A stretch of 64,000 nucleotides of DNA from a virus, in the IMG/VR virus record IMGVR_UViG_3300042519_001676, positions 1-64,000 of that record; one strand, given 5' to 3'. Shown one piece after another: positions 63,501 to 64,000 of this stretch. The notes beneath the pieces were generated by a model. The model had not been told where the DNA came from. It saw nothing but the letters and a program-made list of their open reading frames with translations, and did no database searches. Each line of letters opens with the position of its first letter. Position 1 is the first letter of the stretch. Both the position numbers and the translations under genes were made by a program.

Positions 63501-63998
63501 ATTTGCACCATCTAAGTATGCACCGCCGCCTGCATCATTGCTGTCAAAACCGTAAGGGTCACCTACCGTAGGGTTTGATCCTTTTGTCAGTACTGAAAAT
63601 CGTTCTACATACGGGCTACGTGTTGTGATTTTTGCACCCGGTGCAAACTTAAATGCATATCCCGGTTTGTAAAATCCGCCAACAGTAAAGTCGCTGATTG
63701 TGGTTTCACCGTTTAATAAAAATGCACTCTGTGTATTGGTTGCAGTAGTAGGAGAAACGTATACCTGTCTAAGTCCTGCACCTTTAACTGATACTCCAGC
63801 TGGTACAGTTAGCGGGAATTCTTCAACGTATGTTCCTGCTAAAATGTTAACCGCAGCATTTGCTCCAACGGCATCTGCAAGTTCTAAACCTCGCTTTACA
63901 GTTCTAACAGCAGATTGCGGCAATTTGCCGCTTGCATTATTGTCACCGTCTTCAGAAACATAGAAATGATGATAATCACTTTTTAATAAATTAACACC
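57522..63998 (-). CDS. giant virion structural protein (pectin-lyase-like N-part, LamG/ConA domain, GALxVxGGVG repeats); 5' end outside the window
   Basis: Frame stays open to the edge (FYVSEDGDNNASG...RTVKRGL); YTVEAWI...WYHV...GYLDELRIS LamG motif. Confidence 0.85.
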   Translation of the reverse strand, partial: GVNLLKSDYHHFYVSEDGDNNASGKLPQSAVRTVKRGLELADAVGANAAVNILAGTYVEEFPLTVPAGVSVKGAGLRQVYVSPTTATNTQSAFLLNGETTISDFTVGGFYKPGYAFKFAPGAKITTRSPYVERFSVLTKGSNPTVGDPYGFDSNDAGGGAYLDGANVDPTSLEAAFLFNEATFIVPSSEAVHITNGTRVELLNGFSYFADKGIVGTSGSVGWGGQGRTRLRLANSTGTFTVGHNLHYVGSTGTLLASGLIDEVTSEYVYLDGKASGFVEAADRTGKTINVYNATVISSFERKFGTGAAYFTTDGDLLDIVSDADLQYGFSSYTVEAWIHLTQNNRKQYVVNKGLTPSTTFGLWVGADNKLAGQHGAIAFTSTNTLSTGTWYHVMMSRDLSNTNRLFINGNLEATTTSSANITNADSLTIGGYTGVPTLSLRGYLDELRISTTPRYTGSFTPPTSAYASDNSTTVLLHCDGANLSTSFTDDGLGSQNVYSTTGTYTAAVVASAQQISLADYRQFGGELRSIGSAVVYGNYGIYADGEGIDFKAIAFNMSHIGSGKDFTNDPSLAIQANEIVRLNGAKVYFQTVDHLGDFRVGPEFRINQRTGNVDFGTANFRLGPLSSLTISDGVNTSVLQPTSIQVGQLLLSGSTIQTISGNLTLNPAGSLTTIESDLQVNGALNFTGQILATSVENAVSTTTGALVVRGGVGIAKDLWVGGKATIVGDLVVRGTTTIVNSTQTSIVDPILDLGINPDGTDLTVDDGFDRGLLLHYNTGSGTSTYTRTFLGMDNNSETLIYKTGVITGPAGAYTPSFASSGTWGAAKFGTLELMRTDAGGLLNSGALKVAGGGSFAGDLYANRYFDSTGLIVSTATIGQYVVTQALAGADINIESGITYPGRGVITISNTSTLQTVTQRGSTTTVALTFANVTNSTGTTTGALVVTGGVGVGGNLYASNLYSNGSPVVTESSIGDLGVTALTAGTDTAVSSSTGVIVVWNTSTLDTVANRGSTTTAAITILNTASSTSTTSGALTVRGGVGITGDVYAANIYSNGIQVLTTETDTLESVTMRGAITPYAVTFSNTSQATISGSTKAVGISGGLYVGKKLYVNEFVTFMSSPIVGAIDSRSALTVNGTNQLQSWYDPVGGIVDLLWTGTGLTGYFQLLPAGSQTLALGANDVVKIAGGSSGSNFVGINTATATAQLEVGGDIKAANIYSNGSLVITNASLGTYGVTSLTTGSGIAVNTSTGAVIIESIDTLQLVTERGNSTTNAIIINNNTVSNSTSTGALVVSGGVGIGGQATIETALITVSLKGTPAATAVFENTTASTTTTDGAVVIYGGLGVGKQVRAAELYDSGNRVVTNVNPTAGSGITITDEISVGTATSFTINNTGVIAAVGSTYIGVSSATGIVTFTNLGVQTLTAGTDTSVSRTTGTVVVWNTSTLQSVTNRGATTTNAISISNNTDSNTSTAGALTVAGGVGIGRNLIVGGNAAIYGNLQVFGTQTYVNSTQTVVIDPVLSLGAGIDNTNLNVNDGFDRGVLLHYSTTASSSSTYDNHSFLGMDNASKKLVYKTDIWPGGFQEFPALFSNTGTWGAAQFGSLNLVNTTSATNTVSGALTVAGGAGIGGDLYVGNRIYAAGLEVLTTSSLGSGGIGVSQIFAGTDTAVSSNFGAITIWSTATLDSITSRTSSTNQIIYFNNTSQATNTATGSVQVAGGVSIKKNLYVEGSIFGAPGYIEHSEYAGASPGTNQWIKCLTWSLPNVGDSTTFKIKSAVKATASVVYSDNMDNDVLWVSYVKDAVSTVLGTVYWISESGEAALSVGTTNHTVTYDPISGDFEYWRRSTVAGGRIWTLITEEIPANTAYQTVTPAMIVNSSWAASVTSLGATATIDDPDVTSFEDLTVAGTLTHSGTTANISNNTAALTANIASAATLAATLKTVNIGTAGVATSIANINIGSTITGALGVLTVGSTLTNFRSTQTAINTQSAAVVITGGLAVGDNIVLGDGATTRGILDANIVSNGTFAAAGDAQSGSYILRGLATSTSTFTLTVNNTTATTNNQVILPDNSSYMFKVFATAKSTTSNDEGAWEFSGSISRYAGANTTVVRTVNKTKIWASQAYDVNVVADAVNGGLSVQAIGVASGSVRFVAKVETVEVTT

Positions 63999-64000
63999 CT

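Overview
64-kb segment of a large T4-like (T4-superfamily, RaK2/Atu_ph07-style gene set) myovirus genome; no cellular housekeeping genes, tRNAs, rRNAs or CRISPR arrays were seen. Bases 1-8.8 kb form a + strand early/host-takeover region of small genes, driven by 14 near-consensus sigma70 promoters built from a shared, partly near-identical promoter-leader-RBS cassette. It ends at a G-tract/T-tract non-coding block (8.8-9.1 kb) where base composition and promoter type change, a candidate genome terminus or packaging site. The rest holds a radical SAM enzyme, two collagen-like tail fibres with S74 chaperones, a replication/recombination module (gp41 helicase, primase, a 192-aa mini-DnaE, gp62-like, UvsW, UvsY, UvsX, gp32), packaging and morphogenesis genes (gp17, gp16, gp4, tail tube, sheath, gp13/14/15), auxiliary enzymes (5'-nucleotidase, nucleotidyltransferase, YqgE/AlgH, FkbM, dNMP kinase, NUDIX, 2OG-Fe(II) oxygenase) and a giant virion protein cut by the window edge. 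Top leads: the promoter-cassette array whose -35 boxes supply the stop codons of upstream genes, apparently leaderless late/middle transcripts, an uncalled metallothionein-like ORF between gp14 and gp15, and the mini-DnaE. All calls are from motif recognition by eye; no database search was run.
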